Part shown: positions 19,605 to 33,290 of the stretch, piece after piece
How positions within the stretch are numbered: the stretch's first letter is position 1
How the letters are laid out: each line of letters starts with the position of its first letter
Source of the DNA: the human T2T-CHM13v2.0 reference genome, Homo sapiens
Direction: 5' to 3' (one strand)
DNA length: 64,000 bases
Assembly (NCBI RefSeq): GCF_009914755.1
Contig: NC_060944.1
Notes under the pieces: generated by a model
The model's database searches: none
Seen by the model: only the letters and a program-made list of their open reading frames with translations
What the model was told of the DNA's origin: nothing
Made by a program: the position numbers and the translations under genes

Positions 19605-20621
19605 TTTGCAGTGGCTGGTACTGGTTTTTCCTTTCCATGTTTAGTGCTTCCTTCAGGAGCTCTTTTAGGGCAGGCCTGGTGGTGACAAAATCTCTCAGCA
19701 GTTGCTTGTCTGTAAAGTATTTTATTTCTCCCTCACTTATGGAGCTTAGTTTCGCTGGATATGAAATTCTGGGTTGAAAATTCTTTTGGGTTGAAAATTC
19801 TTTTCTTTAAGAATGTTGAATATTGGCCCCCACTCTCTTCTGGCTTATAGAGTTTCTGCTGAGAGATCCGCTGTTAGTCTGATGGGCTTCCCTTTGTGGG
19901 TAACCCGACCTTTCTCTCTGGCTGCCCTTAACATTTTTTCCTTCATTTCAACTTTGGTGAATCTGACAATTATGTGTCTTGGAGTTGCTCTTCTCGAGGA
20001 GTATCTTTGTGGTGTTCTCTGTATTTCCTGAATCTGAATGTTGGCCTGCCTTGCTAGATTGGGGAAGTTCTCCTGGATAATATCCTGCAGAGTGTTTTCC
20101 AACTTGGTTCCATTCTCCCCGTCACTTTCAGATACACCAATCAGATGTAGATTTGGTCTTTTCACATAGTCCCTTATTTCTTGGAGGCTTTGTTCGTTTC
20201 TTTTTATTCTTTTTTCTCTAAACTTCCCTTCTTGCTTCATTTCATTCATTTCATCTTCCATCACTGATACCCTTTCTTCCAGTTGATTGCATCGGCTCCT
20301 GAGGCTTCTGCATTCTTCATGTAGTTCTCGAGCCTTGGCTTTCAGCTCTATCAGCTCTTTTAAGCACTTCTCTGTATTGGTTATTCTAGTTATACATTCG
20401 TCTAATTTTTTTTCAAAGTTTTTAACTTCTTTGCCTTTGGTTTGAATTTCCTCCTGTAGCTCGGAGTAGTTTGATCCTCTGAAGCCTTCTTCTCTCAACT
20501 CATCAAAGTCATTCTCCGTCCGGCTTTGTTCTGTTGCTGGTGAGGAACTGCGTCCCTTTGGAGGAGGAGAGGCACTCTGCTTTTTAGAGTTTCCAGTTTT
20601 TCTGCTCTGTTTTTTCCCCAT
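19605..20621 (-). pseudogene. L1 ORF1p, disrupted (premature stop at 19845 and 17-bp tandem duplication at 19771-19804)
   Basis: MGKKQSRKTGNSKKQSASPPPK...RLTADLSAETL, 258 aa instead of the usual 338; gggttgaaaattctttt present twice; lower boundary approximate. Confidence 0.92.
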
Positions 20622-22067
20622 CTTTGTGGTTTTATCACTTTGGTCTTTGATGATGGTGATGTACAGATGGGTTTTTGGCGTGGATGTCCTTTCTGTTTGT
20701 TAGTTTTCCTTCTAACAGACAGGACCCTCAGCTACAGGTCTGTTTGGAGTTTGCTAGAGGTCCACTCCAGACCCTGTTTGCCTGGGTAACAGCAGCAGTG
20801 GCTGCAGAACAGCGGATTTTCATGAACCGCGAATGCTACTGTCTGATAGTTCCTCTGGAAGTTTTGTCTCAGAGGAGTACCCAGCCGTGTGAGGTGTCAG
20901 TCTGCCCGTACTGGGGGGTGCCTCCCAGTTAGGCTTCTCGGGGGTCAGGGGTCAGGGACCCACTTGAGGAGGCAGTCTGCCCATTCTCAGATCTCCAGCT
21001 GCGTGCTCGGAAAACCAGTGCTCTCTTCAAATCTGTCAGACAGGGACATTTAAGTCTGCAGAGGTTACTGCTGTCTTTTTGTTTGTCTGTGCCCTGTCCC
21101 CAGAGGTGGAGCCTACAGAGGCAGGCAGGCCTCCTTGAGCTGTGGTGGGCTCCACCCAGTTCAAACTTCCCGGCTGCTTTGCTTACCTAAGCAAGCCTGG
21201 GCAATGGCGGGCACCCCTCCCCCAGCCCGGCTGCCACCTTGCAGTTTGATCTCAGACTGCTGTGCTAGCAATCAGTGAGACTCCGTGGGCATAGGACCCT
21301 CTGAGCCATGTGCGGGATATAATCTCCTGGTGCGCCATTTTTTAAGCCCATCAGAAAAGCACAGTATTAGGGCGGGAGTGACCCGATTTTCCAGGTGCCG
21401 TCTGTCACCCCTTTCTTTGACTAGGAAAGGGAACTCCCTGACCCCTTGTGCTTCCCGAGTGAGGCAATGCCTCGCCCTGCTTCGACTCGCCCACAGTGCG
21501 CTTCACCCATTGTCCTGCGCCCACTGTCTGGCACTCCCTAGTGAGATGAACCCGGTACCTCAGATGGAAATGCAGAAATCACCCATCTTCTGCGTCGCTC
21601 ACGCTGGGAGCTGTAGACCAGAGCTGTTCCTATTCGGCCATCTTGGCTGCTTCCCTCAGTTGTTTCTAATTTTAAGCCACTGTTCCTGTTATAAACCATC
21701 TGTGATGAACCTCCTTTCACGTACATCTTTGCACACTTGAAAATTATCTGTGTGGGATAAGTTTTTTAAATGAAGTTTCTAAGAGTACATACGTATTACA
21801 TTTTGCTATATACTGCCAATTTATCCTATTTTTTAATATTTTATTAATTCACACCTTTGATCAGTTGAGCATGAGACTGACAGTTTTTTCATATCCTCAT
21901 CGATTCTGAGTTTTGCCAATCTTTTAAAATCTTTTCTAATCCAATGGGCAATTCACTTCAAATTCTTAATGCATATATTTATTTTATGGACAGAGTATTA
22001 TTATTTTTCTGTCCAAAAAGTCAAATGCTTTATTATGAAGATGCCATTTAATAATCTATTTTTAAAA

Positions 22068-22280
22068 GTTTCATTGAATATAACTTACATACTACAAAAT
22101 TAACCTGTTTTAAGAATACAAGTAGACAAATTTTAGTATCATTACAGAGTTGTCCGTCATCACCACCATCTAATTTTGGAACATTTTCATTTCTCCAAAA
22201 AGAAACCTTGTGCCCGTTTACAGTCGCTCCCCATTTCCACCCCAAGCCTCGTTTAACCACAAATCTTTCCATCTCTGCAT
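22068..22280 (-). mobile_element. L1MB-type 3' end fragment
   Basis: catcaccaccatctaattttggaacattttcatttctccaaaaagaaacc. Confidence 0.7.
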
Positions 22281-22314
22281 ATCCCAGAACTAAAACTGCT
22301 GGCCTTACATAGTG

Positions 22315-22424
22315 TAGGGTGACCATCCTGGTCTGCCCAGGACTGAAGGATTTCCAGGGTCATGGGGTGTCCAGTGTTAAAACCTGGACGGTCCTGGGCA
22401 GACCAGGGCAAGTCGGTCATTTGA
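22315..22424. mobile_element. MER81 hAT-Blackjack MITE
   Basis: TIR tagggtgacc...ggtcatttga; 8-bp TSD acatagtg (22307-22314) / ccatagtg (22425-22432). Confidence 0.82.
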
Positions 22425-22804
22425 CCATAGTGCTTTTTTTAAGCCAAAACTTTCAGATCTCCTTTTCCCCTCTTGCGTTTCGTTTGACCTCTGCCTCATG
22501 GGGTGGCCTAATTTGGTAGGTCAGGCAAAGACACTGTACAAAGGGACACCCCTAAAAATCAAGGACTGTAAAACATTCTGATTTGAAGAGAATACAACAA
22601 CGAAGCTCTCCACAAGGAGCCCCTTCTGACTCTGAAACAATTGGTCATCTTAGTTAAATTATTGGCACACATTGGCAACAATGACTGTTTGATGTTCCTC
22701 ACACGATCCTTCTCCATCCAGCCATAACGTTGAGATCAGAGAGTCAGTACCTCAACTACAACCAGAAATAAGAAGAAGGAAGAGGGATATTGCAGTACTG
22801 CAAG

Positions 22805-23035
22805 AGCAATTACTGAGTGCCTGGTATGTGCTACAGACTGTTCTGCATCCTCTTCTTCAATCCTTACCACCCCCTACCCAGAGGTTAGTATCATGAATGC
22901 CACTCTACAAACGAGGAAACTCAAACCCAGACAAATAAAGTCACTTGCCCAGGGCACACAGCTTGGGTAACAGAGGCAGGATTCAAACCCAAGTCTCAGC
23001 CCAACACCAAAGCCTGGATTCATACTGTTATCCGC
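22805..23035 (-). mobile_element. MIR
   Basis: tactgagtgcctggtatgtgc...gaggaaactca...cacttgcccagggcacacagc...ggattcaaaccca. Confidence 0.75.
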
Positions 23036-25212
23036 ATGGCCTCCTGGAAGCAATGGAGGGACTAAATACCTTAATTGAGAATATAGAAAGAAATATACTT
23101 TCTAAGTTTACATCCCTTTTCCAACAAACACAGAAACACAAAACCACTTCGAGGGGGTTTTTTTCCCCAAAAAATGCCTTCTCTCCAGTGAAATAGTATT
23201 AAGGTGACGGGGGTGCTGAGGAGGAGGGGGGTTGAAGGATATGCAAGTAACAGGAAAGCCAATATAATTCAAAGTGAAATTGATTTAAAATTTTGCTAAG
23301 ATTTTTTATGCTTGCATATTTCACGCTTATAGCATACCTTTGGTCTTATTTACAGTTTTAATTAAATATACACTTCATTATTTTACATAGTGTATAAAAA
23401 TATAGTTCTATGTAAATATTTCTTAGGGAGATCTGTAAAAGTGTCTCTTATAATTGATATGACATTTCAAAATACACAGTGTTTCATAATCAGATACATT
23501 TCCTGAGCTTAATGGTAGAAGGCACCTCACATTTATATTTACTAGTTTTTAATTATCTTATTATCTATAGTTGTGATTTACCCAGATTTACCCAGACAGG
23601 AGATCTGGGAAGTAATATATTTGAATTTACTGGATAATTTGCATTTATCTTTGCCTAAAACTTTTCTCCTTCTTAGAATAATTGGAGGAGAGAGAGATAA
23701 AAACCTCAGCCTTGCTCTTATACCACCAACAGATACCGATCCTTCTATACATCAATCTGCAGCAAAACATTGCTTGGCCATAAAGTTGAAACATGCAGCC
23801 AATGTCAGGGCTCGCATATTTAAACCCACAGCACTGAGAATATACACATAAAAGTCTAATATGTCAGACTTAAAATTTCTAGATTTCACTGGTAACTACT
23901 GGCATAAAAGGGTGGTATGAGGAGAACCACCTGAACTTGGCTTATGCCTACTTTATCTGTATCTGAAAATGAGAACATCAGTCTTTTGGCCATAAACAAT
24001 TTGTGTTTAATAACACTGTATATTGTTGTTTTTCAAACACTTTATAATGTGGGTGGATTTTTACCACTGCCCCCAGCTTGCCTGCTTAATTTGCTGTTGA
24101 TTCAGCCTGGCCCTGGTCCATCAACCTGAATAAGAGATTACAAAGTGGAGAGAATTCTCCTGCACATGAAAGCAGGGCTTTCTCTTCTGGGTTCCAGGAC
24201 CAACCCTGTGTTGAGAACAGGAAGGATGCTTACAAGAGATAAGGTGATGGAAAGAAAGAAGGCTCGCCTGGGAGTTTAAGTGTTAAGCTTAAATGTGCTG
24301 AACAGCCTCTAAGTATAGATGAGCTTCACCATTGCATGAGGATGGTCGGTGTGTGGTTGACCGTTGCACGGATCCCATCCCAGATGGCAGTGAGAATAAC
24401 CAATAGAGCTCCTTAGAACAGCATAAAGGTGTATTTTATTCATTCTTTTATCTGTTAAATATTTATCAGGCAAAAGCTCCACTTGCTCAAATATAAGAAT
24501 CTAATGATGGGTATTAACACTCTCTCAGCTCATGACAACACAAGTCAAATGAAAAAAAACAAGTGAATAATTACATATGTGACTTATAGATTAGCTGAAC
24601 TCTTTGAAATGTTTTAAATCATTATTTAAAGTATTTTCCCCCAACTTAATTGAATTAGCCTAGCTATGCTTTCAGATGTATTCCGCAAATATTTATTGGG
24701 CACCCACTGAGATCAGGGCTCTGGGTAAGCACTAAGGATGAACAATGAACAAAAGAGACCTAATCCTAATCTTTATGGGAGCTACAATATAATGTTGGGC
24801 CAGACATTATCTTTAGAAACTGTAGTGAGTGTTGTGAAAGAAAAGAAGAGGATGCTACAGATATTTATAGCAGGAGGCCTCGATCTAGGCTTCAAAGCGG
24901 AGGTCAGGAGGTGCAAGGAAGGCATCCCAGAGAAAATGATGTTGAGCTGAAAACTATAAGAAGAAGAAAGGGGGAAGAAAGGAAGGTTCCAGGCAAAGTG
25001 AATTGCATATTCGAAGGCCAGGAAGCAGGAGGAGCCTGGTACATTTAAGCAAGTGGAAGAGGGCTGGTACAGCTGCTATGCAAAATTCAAAAGGGAATAT
25101 GGTTTAAGATGAAGCTAAAGAGGCAGAGAAGAATCAGATTCTGCACATCTGGTAAGGAACTTGATCTTCCTCCTTGAAGCACTGGGAAGTCATCCTGGGA
25201 ATTTAGGCTGGG

Positions 25213-26473
25213 AATGGTAGACAGAATAATGTCTCCTTCTCACAAAAATGTATGCATCATAATCCCTAGAAACTATGAATACATTACCTTGCATGGCAAG
25301 AGACATCGCAGGTGTGATTAAATTAAGGATCTTGAGATGTGAAGAGTATCCTGGGTTTTCCAGGTAAGTCCAGTATAATCAGTGTCCTAATATGAGAAAC
25401 AGGAAGTTAGGAGAGTCAAAAGCATCCTTTCCTGAAGCAGTTGTATGGGTTTCTTTGTGTCCAAGTTTATAGAGATAGAGATGTAATGATGAAAGAAAAG
25501 GTCAGGGGTGAGGGGAAGAAAGATGGAGAGAAGGGAGGGAGAGATTTGGGGTGGCAACACTGCTGGCTTTGAAGATTTGAGGTTGCTACATTCCTTGGCT
25601 CTGGCTTGACCAAGAACCAAGGAATTCAGGCTACTTGTGAAAGCTGAAAAAGGCAAGAAAATGGATTCTCCTCAATAGGAATGCGTTTACACTGTTGGTG
25701 GGAGCATAAATTAGTTCACCCATTGTGGAAGTCAGTGTGGCGATTCCTCAGGGATCTAGAACTAGAAATACCATATGACCCAGCCATCCCATTACTGGGT
25801 ATATATCCAAAGGATTATAAATCATGCTACTATAAAGATACCTGCACATGTATGCTTATTGTGGCACTGTTCACAATGGCAAAGACTTGGAACCAACCCA
25901 AATGTCCATCAATGATAGACTGGATTAAGAAAATGTGGCACATATACACCATGGAATACTATGCAGTCATAAAAAAGGATGAGTTCATGTCATTTGCAGG
26001 GACATGGATGAAGCCAAAAACCATCATTCTCAGCAAACTATCACAAGGACAGAAAACCAAACACCGCATGTTCTCATTCATAAGTGGGAATTGAACAATG
26101 AGGACACATGGACACAGGGCAGGGAACATCACACACCGGGGCCTGTAGGGGGGTGGGGGCTGGTGGAGGAATAGTATTAGGAGAAATACCTAATGTAAAT
26201 GACAAGTTGATGGGTGCAGCAAACCACCATGGCACATATATACCTATGTAACAAACCTGCACGTTGTCCACATGTACCCTAGAACTTAAAGTATAATAAT
26301 AATAATAATAAAGAAAATAAATTCTCCTCTAGGACCCTCCAGGAGGATTACAGTCTTGCTGATACCTCAACTCTAGGATTTCTGACATCAAGAATTGTAA
26401 GATAATAAATTTGTGTTGTTTAAAGCCACCCGTTTGTGGTGTTTTGTTACAGCAGCAATAGGAAACTAAAACA
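25213..26473 (+). mobile_element. MLT1D LTR split by an L1PA insertion, nested in L2
   Basis: ggtagacagaataatg...gtgattaaattaaggatcttgagatg...aataaatttgtgttgtttaaagccac...gcagcaataggaaactaaaaca. Confidence 0.8.
25674..26310 (+). mobile_element. 5'-truncated L1PA (about L1PA6-7)
   Basis: ORF2 C-terminus (ORF 25681-26094), 3' UTR and (TAA)n tail; TSD aagaaaat(gg/aa)attctcctc at 25655-25673 and 26311-26329. Confidence 0.93.
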
Positions 26474-26624
26474 ACGGGCAATGAAAAATGATCAGATGTG
26501 TGTTTTTAGAAAGTTGTTCTGGCAATGGTATGGAGTGAAAGGAGAGAGTTTTGCTGGAAAACAATTGAAATGGTTTGGTTGAGAGATGATGGAAGTTTGG
26601 ACCAGGAAGTTGGTAATGGCTTTA

Positions 26625-26870
26625 GGACAGTTTTTCAGCATTAGCACTATTAAAATTTTGAACTAAAATCATTTGTGTGTGTGTGTGTGGCGGGGTGCAT
26701 ATGTGTGCACGCACACTATGGGGTTATCTCATACATTGTAGGATGTTTAGCAGCTTTCCTGGCCTCCATCTACTAGATACCAGTAGCACCTCCACCCAGG
26801 TGTGACAACTAAATATGTCTCTAGACATTGCCAAAAGTCCGCTGTGGGGAAAAGTTACTCCTAGTTGAGT
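26625..26870. mobile_element. MER20 with internal (TG)n
   Basis: cattgtaggatgtttagcagc...actagataccagtagcacc...gtgacaactaaatatgtctctagacattgcc. Confidence 0.8.
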
Positions 26871-27046
26871 TCTGAGTCAGAAAAAATTAGACAAAATGCA
26901 TAGGTATTTAAGTGTTGGAATTAAAAGGACTAATTGTTCAACCCTATCAATCAGTCAGTGTTTTATAATCACATACATTTCCTGGGCCGAATGGTAGAAG
27001 GCACCTCACACTTACATTTGCTTGTTTCCATACTGATATAAAACTC

Positions 27047-27291
27047 ATTTTTATAGTGATATTATATATCACTATAATTCTATATTTTACAGTGATATTA
27101 TCTATCACTGTAATTCTATATTTTATAGTGATATTATCTATCACTGTAATTCTATATTTTATAGTGATATTATCTATCACTGTAATTCTATATTTTATAG
27201 TGATATTATCTATCACTGTAATTCTATATTTTATAGTGATATTATATATCACTAATTCTGTATTTTATAGTGATATTATATATCACTATAA
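27047..27291. repeat. 36-bp minisatellite, ~6.8 copies, each unit an inverted repeat
   Basis: Unit TATATTTTATAGTGATATTATCTATCACTGTAATTC; 12-aa periodicity in ORFs 26947-27252 and 27056-27313. Confidence 0.95.
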
Positions 27292-27629
27292 TATACAATT
27301 AATTCAAATATAAGCAAATATTATCTTTGTAATCAAACTTTATTTTTAAAGTTCTAGAATAAGTACTCAAAAGGTAATGAAAAGTTTTGTTCCTCTAATC
27401 TCCCTATTCCTCATTGACCCTTTCACTTGGCAATTAGCAAACACCACTGCTGTCATTTCTTCAGCTGCCGGACAGCTGGTGATGAGGGGCATCCTTCTCC
27501 AAAGCAGTTGTAGAGGTCTCTTAAGGTCCTGAAAGGAAGAGTTCCAGAGGACAGCTCCCAGGAAAAAGAGAACTCTCACAGGCTCCGATTAAGTGTGTTT
27601 TCTTCTTTAGTTCTTCTACTTAAAAGAAA

Positions 27630-28205
<576 letters not shown>

Positions 28206-28711
28206 CTTCCCTTTGGTTTATTGGTGAGTTTGTCCCCTAAAGGTGACTCAGCGGGCTGAACTCCTTCGTGGTATAAACAAATTAAAACTTCCCATCCTGA
28301 CCCATGCCTGAAGTAAAGGAATAATTGATTCTGTCACCCAACACTTATTACACACCTCATGTATGTCAGTTTGAGGGCTCTGTTTTAGGCCCTGGGGATG
28401 ATCATGATGAATAAAACAAATTCCTTACTGTCAGTGATATTTCATTCTAGTGGGAGAAATTAGGAAATGAACAAACCAAGCAGAAGGAAAATTCATTTAC
28501 TCAACCCTCTGTTGAATATTTACCAAATGCAGGCACCTACCAGTACTGGGTAGACACAGACCCAAATAGAGGAGGGACAGAGTTCATGCCCATGTTTCCC
28601 CCGGGAAAGCACAAACACACAATGATGATAGAATGTGCTGGGGGCTATAATCAATGTCTCAGCTGAAATCTTTAGGAAAAGACAATAGAGGAATTTTTTA
28701 AAGGCAGAGAA

Positions 28712-29068
<357 letters not shown>

Positions 29069-30784
29069 TCATGTCTTCGTGGGGTGGGGACACGAAGGAG
29101 AATCTGGTGGAACAAAAGAAAGGACGGAGCCCACATGCTACAGAGCAAACACCTTCCCTCTTCAGGTAAGAGAGTATGAGCAGTTGCTGCAGCTCTTGGT
29201 CTGGATTTGGGTTTCATTCTGCTTGGCTCCCAGTTTTGCTTTCACTCCATTTCATCTTTGGTATACAGGGCCCTCCTATCCACCACCAGGTCTCCTGCAT
29301 GATATGTTTGGGCTTATAATGTGGTCATTGATGATCTGGTATGTGTCCTTCTCTCGGTAACTATCCCTGTGAGAAGTGCTGAAATGAACAGCCTCTGGTG
29401 CTTCTTGCTTGGTCTCAGCCTCACAAGAGTCCTTTGTGAACAAGAAGGCAGCAGACCTGTGTGACTTGGAGAGGAGGGGACCCAAGGTTCCATCCTAATC
29501 CAGCCCTCATACCCAAAGAGGCATATTCCTCTGCTTCTCCCATATTGATCAGGAGGCTCACTCTGGAATCAGACGGCCTCACCTGGCTCCCTGTACATGA
29601 ATCCCAGCCCTACCACTGAATTGGGCAAATTAGTTAAGCCTCAGTGCTCTCATAAGCAAAAGGGAGATCAAAATTAATCCTTGGGGGCGTCTGTTCTAAA
29701 TAAGATCATCATTGGTGAGCACCCCTCACAATGTCCAGCATGGAGTAAACAGTTGATAAATGTTAGTGTTAATTTTCTTTTCACTTTCCATGGCCTTTCA
29801 ACCCAGCACCAAGAACCTGAAGAGATTACATGGGCCTGAACATAATTGAAAGGCATTATTCCTTTCTTTTAGAACTCCAAATGTAACTATTATTTACAGG
29901 ATAATGTTCAAATATTATGGAAGCATTTAATTTTAATTGATCTATGCACATGAATAAATGAAGTTAACAACAAAAGTGGTTTGAATTTAACTTTATGTTT
30001 TAATACCTGAGCAAATTCTCAAGTCCTAGGGATTCCAAAAAATGCTGCATACAAATACAAGCAGAAATGACAGCACTGACCCCTTTTCTCCTGTAACATT
30101 TAACAATTTGCAAAACACATTCTACCTACTACCTGGTTTTTCCGGGAGAGCAGAAAGGGATCCATTGAGGTTGATGCCCAGATGTCCTCTAATAGTCTCT
30201 TGCCCTGGATTGGCTCACAATTCCTTTTTTGGAATGTAGGTACTAAAAAGCCATTCACATGCCAAATAGGAGGAGTTCTCCTCTCTTTGTGATACTCAGT
30301 GCCTCCTGTTCCCTGCCTTGGCCTCATCTTCTATCATCCCTCTGAGCCAAGGCATTACAGCTGTTAAGTGTGCAATCTCTGGAGTCACACTGCCTAGGTC
30401 TCAATTCTGCTTTGGTTTCCTCAAACGATGCAACCCTCTGCAAGTTATCAGCCTCTGTGTGCCTCAGTCTCATCCTCTGTAATACGGAATAGTATTTGTA
30501 TATGTCTTGCTATGATATTCCTTCAGGGTTGACAGGAGGTTTGAATTAGAAAAGACACATAGGGATGGTGCTCAAATGTCACTGCTGACTCTTCCCCCAC
30601 CTATATTCCTTCCATCAGGGGCTAGAACAGGCACCTGAGAACACAGTAGGCTCTCAATGGAATATTCAGTGAATCTTTTTTTTCTATTTTACTGAAGGAT
30701 CTAGGGAGGTGTCTGAAGCAGTAATTTCATATATTCTCTAAGAATGTCTCAAGGGGAACAATGGGGAAAGAAATGAATTCTTAG

Positions 30785-31282
30785 AAGTTATTGCATGAAA
30801 AAGACACACACGTGTTTATAACAGCACAATTCACAATTGTAAAGATATGGAACCAATCTAAGTGCCCATTGACCAATATAGGTGGATAAAGAAAATGGGG
30901 TAAATATACACCCTGAAATAGTACTCAGACATAAAAAGGGATGAAATAATGTCTTTTGCAGCAACTTAAATGGAGCTGGAGGCCATTATTCTAAGTGAAG
31001 CAACCCAGGAATGGAAAACCAAATACCATGTGTTCTCACTTATAAAGTGGGAACTGAACTATGAGGATGCAAAAACATACAGAATGATGTATCGGACTTT
31101 GGGTATTTGGGGAGGAAGGTTGGGAGGGGGATGAGGGATAAAAGATTACATATTGGGTAGAGTGTACGCTGCTCGGGTGATGGGTGCACTAAAATCTCAG
31201 AATCCACCACTGGAGAATTCATCCGTGTAACCAAAAACCATCTGTATCCCCAAAACTACTGAAATTTTAAAAATACAGTAGA
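30785..31282 (+). mobile_element. 5'-truncated L1PB 3' end
   Basis: gctcgggtgatgggtgcactaaaatctcagaa...gtaaccaaaaacca; TSD aaagaaat(g/a)aattcttag at 30767-30784 and 31283-31300. Confidence 0.88.
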
Positions 31283-31874
31283 AAAGAAATAAATTCTTAG
31301 GAAAAAAGGCACAAAGCACATTAATTTACGCAGCAACTCGTATATAATGAGCAGGTTCAATAACAGATAATTATATGGAAAGTACTTAAATGCTAACTAT
31401 GTACTTTTAATATGTTGCAAAAGTAGGTTCATAATTAAATTATAATTACAAGTAAAAATGGAGACAATGATCATTCCCTGAGAAATTTGCACATTTTTAT
31501 TTCCAAGGTTATGTGCAGCTTCTCTCACACTCTGATTCATTACTTTTGTTGGTAGCTCCACTCTGATCTGACTCGTTTTGCATGATGGATTTTAAATTTA
31601 AAATTAACTAGAATTATCTTTCAGATTACTAATTACCATATGCAATGATTTCAATAGAATACCCAGGTTGTCATTAAAAAGTAGTTTGTGAGCATGTAAG
31701 TTTGAAATTGTGGAAGATTTATAGTGGAAAGAAAGGGGAACATTGGCCGATCATCTAATAGAAACTAAACAATTGGCAGAAATTGAGAAAGCTTTAAAAC
31801 AAGTTATGAATTACTTGTGGGAAGGGATACGCATAACTATTAATGTGGCAAAGTCACAAGACTTTTCAAAACTT

Positions 31875-32425
31875 GATATCATTTATAACTCATCCAGTTG
31901 CAAGTGAAAGAAGCACATCTGAATTGTCGAAGAAAAAGAGAAAGATTTATTAGTTCAAAAATCTAATAAAAAGTTCAAGAGTAACTAATTTCAGGTCTGG
32001 CAGGATCCAGAGTCTGAAATAATGTCACTAAGGTTTAACTTGTCACTACCTCCAATACCCAATTCTGGTTTTCTCAATGGTCATTTTTCTCAGACAGGGA
32101 CTCCCCATATGGTGGAAAGAAATAACTGTCAGATGCACCAGATTCACATCCTCAAAGCTGAGGAAGCCCAGTGGAAGACGAGTGGATTTTTTTTCTAAGA
32201 GCTTCAGGAAGTCTCAGGTCTGAATCTCATTGGTTCAAAGACAGTCAAATTGCCTTATCTGAACCAATCTCTGTGGTAACCAGGGTAGTGCTGTGCTCTG
32301 ATTGGCCAAGAGTTACATGTCCTCATCTGGAGCTAAGGTTATCATCCACTAATTTATAGGGGCTGAGATTCCAAAGGGAAATTGAGCTGGTGCTTCCAGA
32401 AGAAATACAAAGAGATGCCTGGATG
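31875..32425 (-). mobile_element. MaLR LTR (MLT1K-like)
   Basis: gttgcaagtgaaagaa...ggatccagag...ctgaaccaatctctgtgg...ctctgattggcc. Confidence 0.6.
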
Positions 32426-32689
32426 CCAAAAGCTCTCTGGGTGAACAATGAACTTAACCAGACTTTGTTCTCTTTCTCTCCTTTTCTTAAACTTAATCTT
32501 AATTAAATAAGGGTTTCCATCTCTGCTCAGCTATTCCTTACCCCAAAATGAGTCCTCTTGCCATTTGGTCAAATCAATGCATTTAAACTAACATATGTTT
32601 TATGTGGGCCAGAGAAAATTTTTTAATGCACATCTGAATGTGTTATCATTTCTCTGCCACCACCATTCACCCTAACTTCTTGCTATGGT

Positions 32690-33290
32690 AATATTCACAT
32701 TTACACAAAGTGGAGGAAATTATGTATTGAACCTCCATAAATCTATTACCTAGCTTCAAAAATTATAACCATTTGCCAAATGTATTTTATCCATACCCTC
32801 CATCCTCTACACTTTTTATGGTCAGAGAACTTTAAAGCAAACCTCCAATGTTATAATATTTCATATGAATATCTAATAAGGACTTTATAAAAGCCTAACC
32901 ACCATGTCATTTTCATACCTATCACTGTTAATAATGTCTTAATATCACTATGAGTACATGTCTATATTTCCCCTTGATTGACTCAAAGATGTCTTTCTAC
33001 AGCAGATTTGTTTGAATAATAAAGTCTGCACACTGCATTGTCATGATGTTTAAGGCTCTTTTATTCTTTATCAGTTTTCCCCCCTACTTTCTGTTATTTT
33101 CAGATCATTGCATTATGAGACAACCAGACTATGTCATTTGTCCTGCAGAATGTCCCCCATTCTGGATTTAGCTGGTTGCTCCCTTGTGGTGACATTTATC
33201 CTGCTCTTCTGTCCCTCTTATTTCCTGAAGCCTGGTAATTTGATCCAGGGTCTTGATTAGATTCAAGGTCAGTTAATTTTTTGTTTGTTT
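32690..33290 (-). mobile_element. L1MC4/5-type 3' UTR fragment
   Basis: cctagcttcaaaaattataac; gtcctgcagaatgtcccccattctggattt. Confidence 0.55.

Noticed and set aside
26990-27012. Resemblance of aatggtagaa(ggcac)ctcacact to mature miR-182
   Set aside because: It needs a 5-nt insertion, lacks the TTTGGC seed end and has no precursor hairpin. Likely coincidence.
26947-27313. ORFs with 12-aa repeats (ITIKYRITVIDN, ILYFIVILSITV)
   Set aside because: Artefact of a 36-bp tandem repeat lacking stops in two frames.
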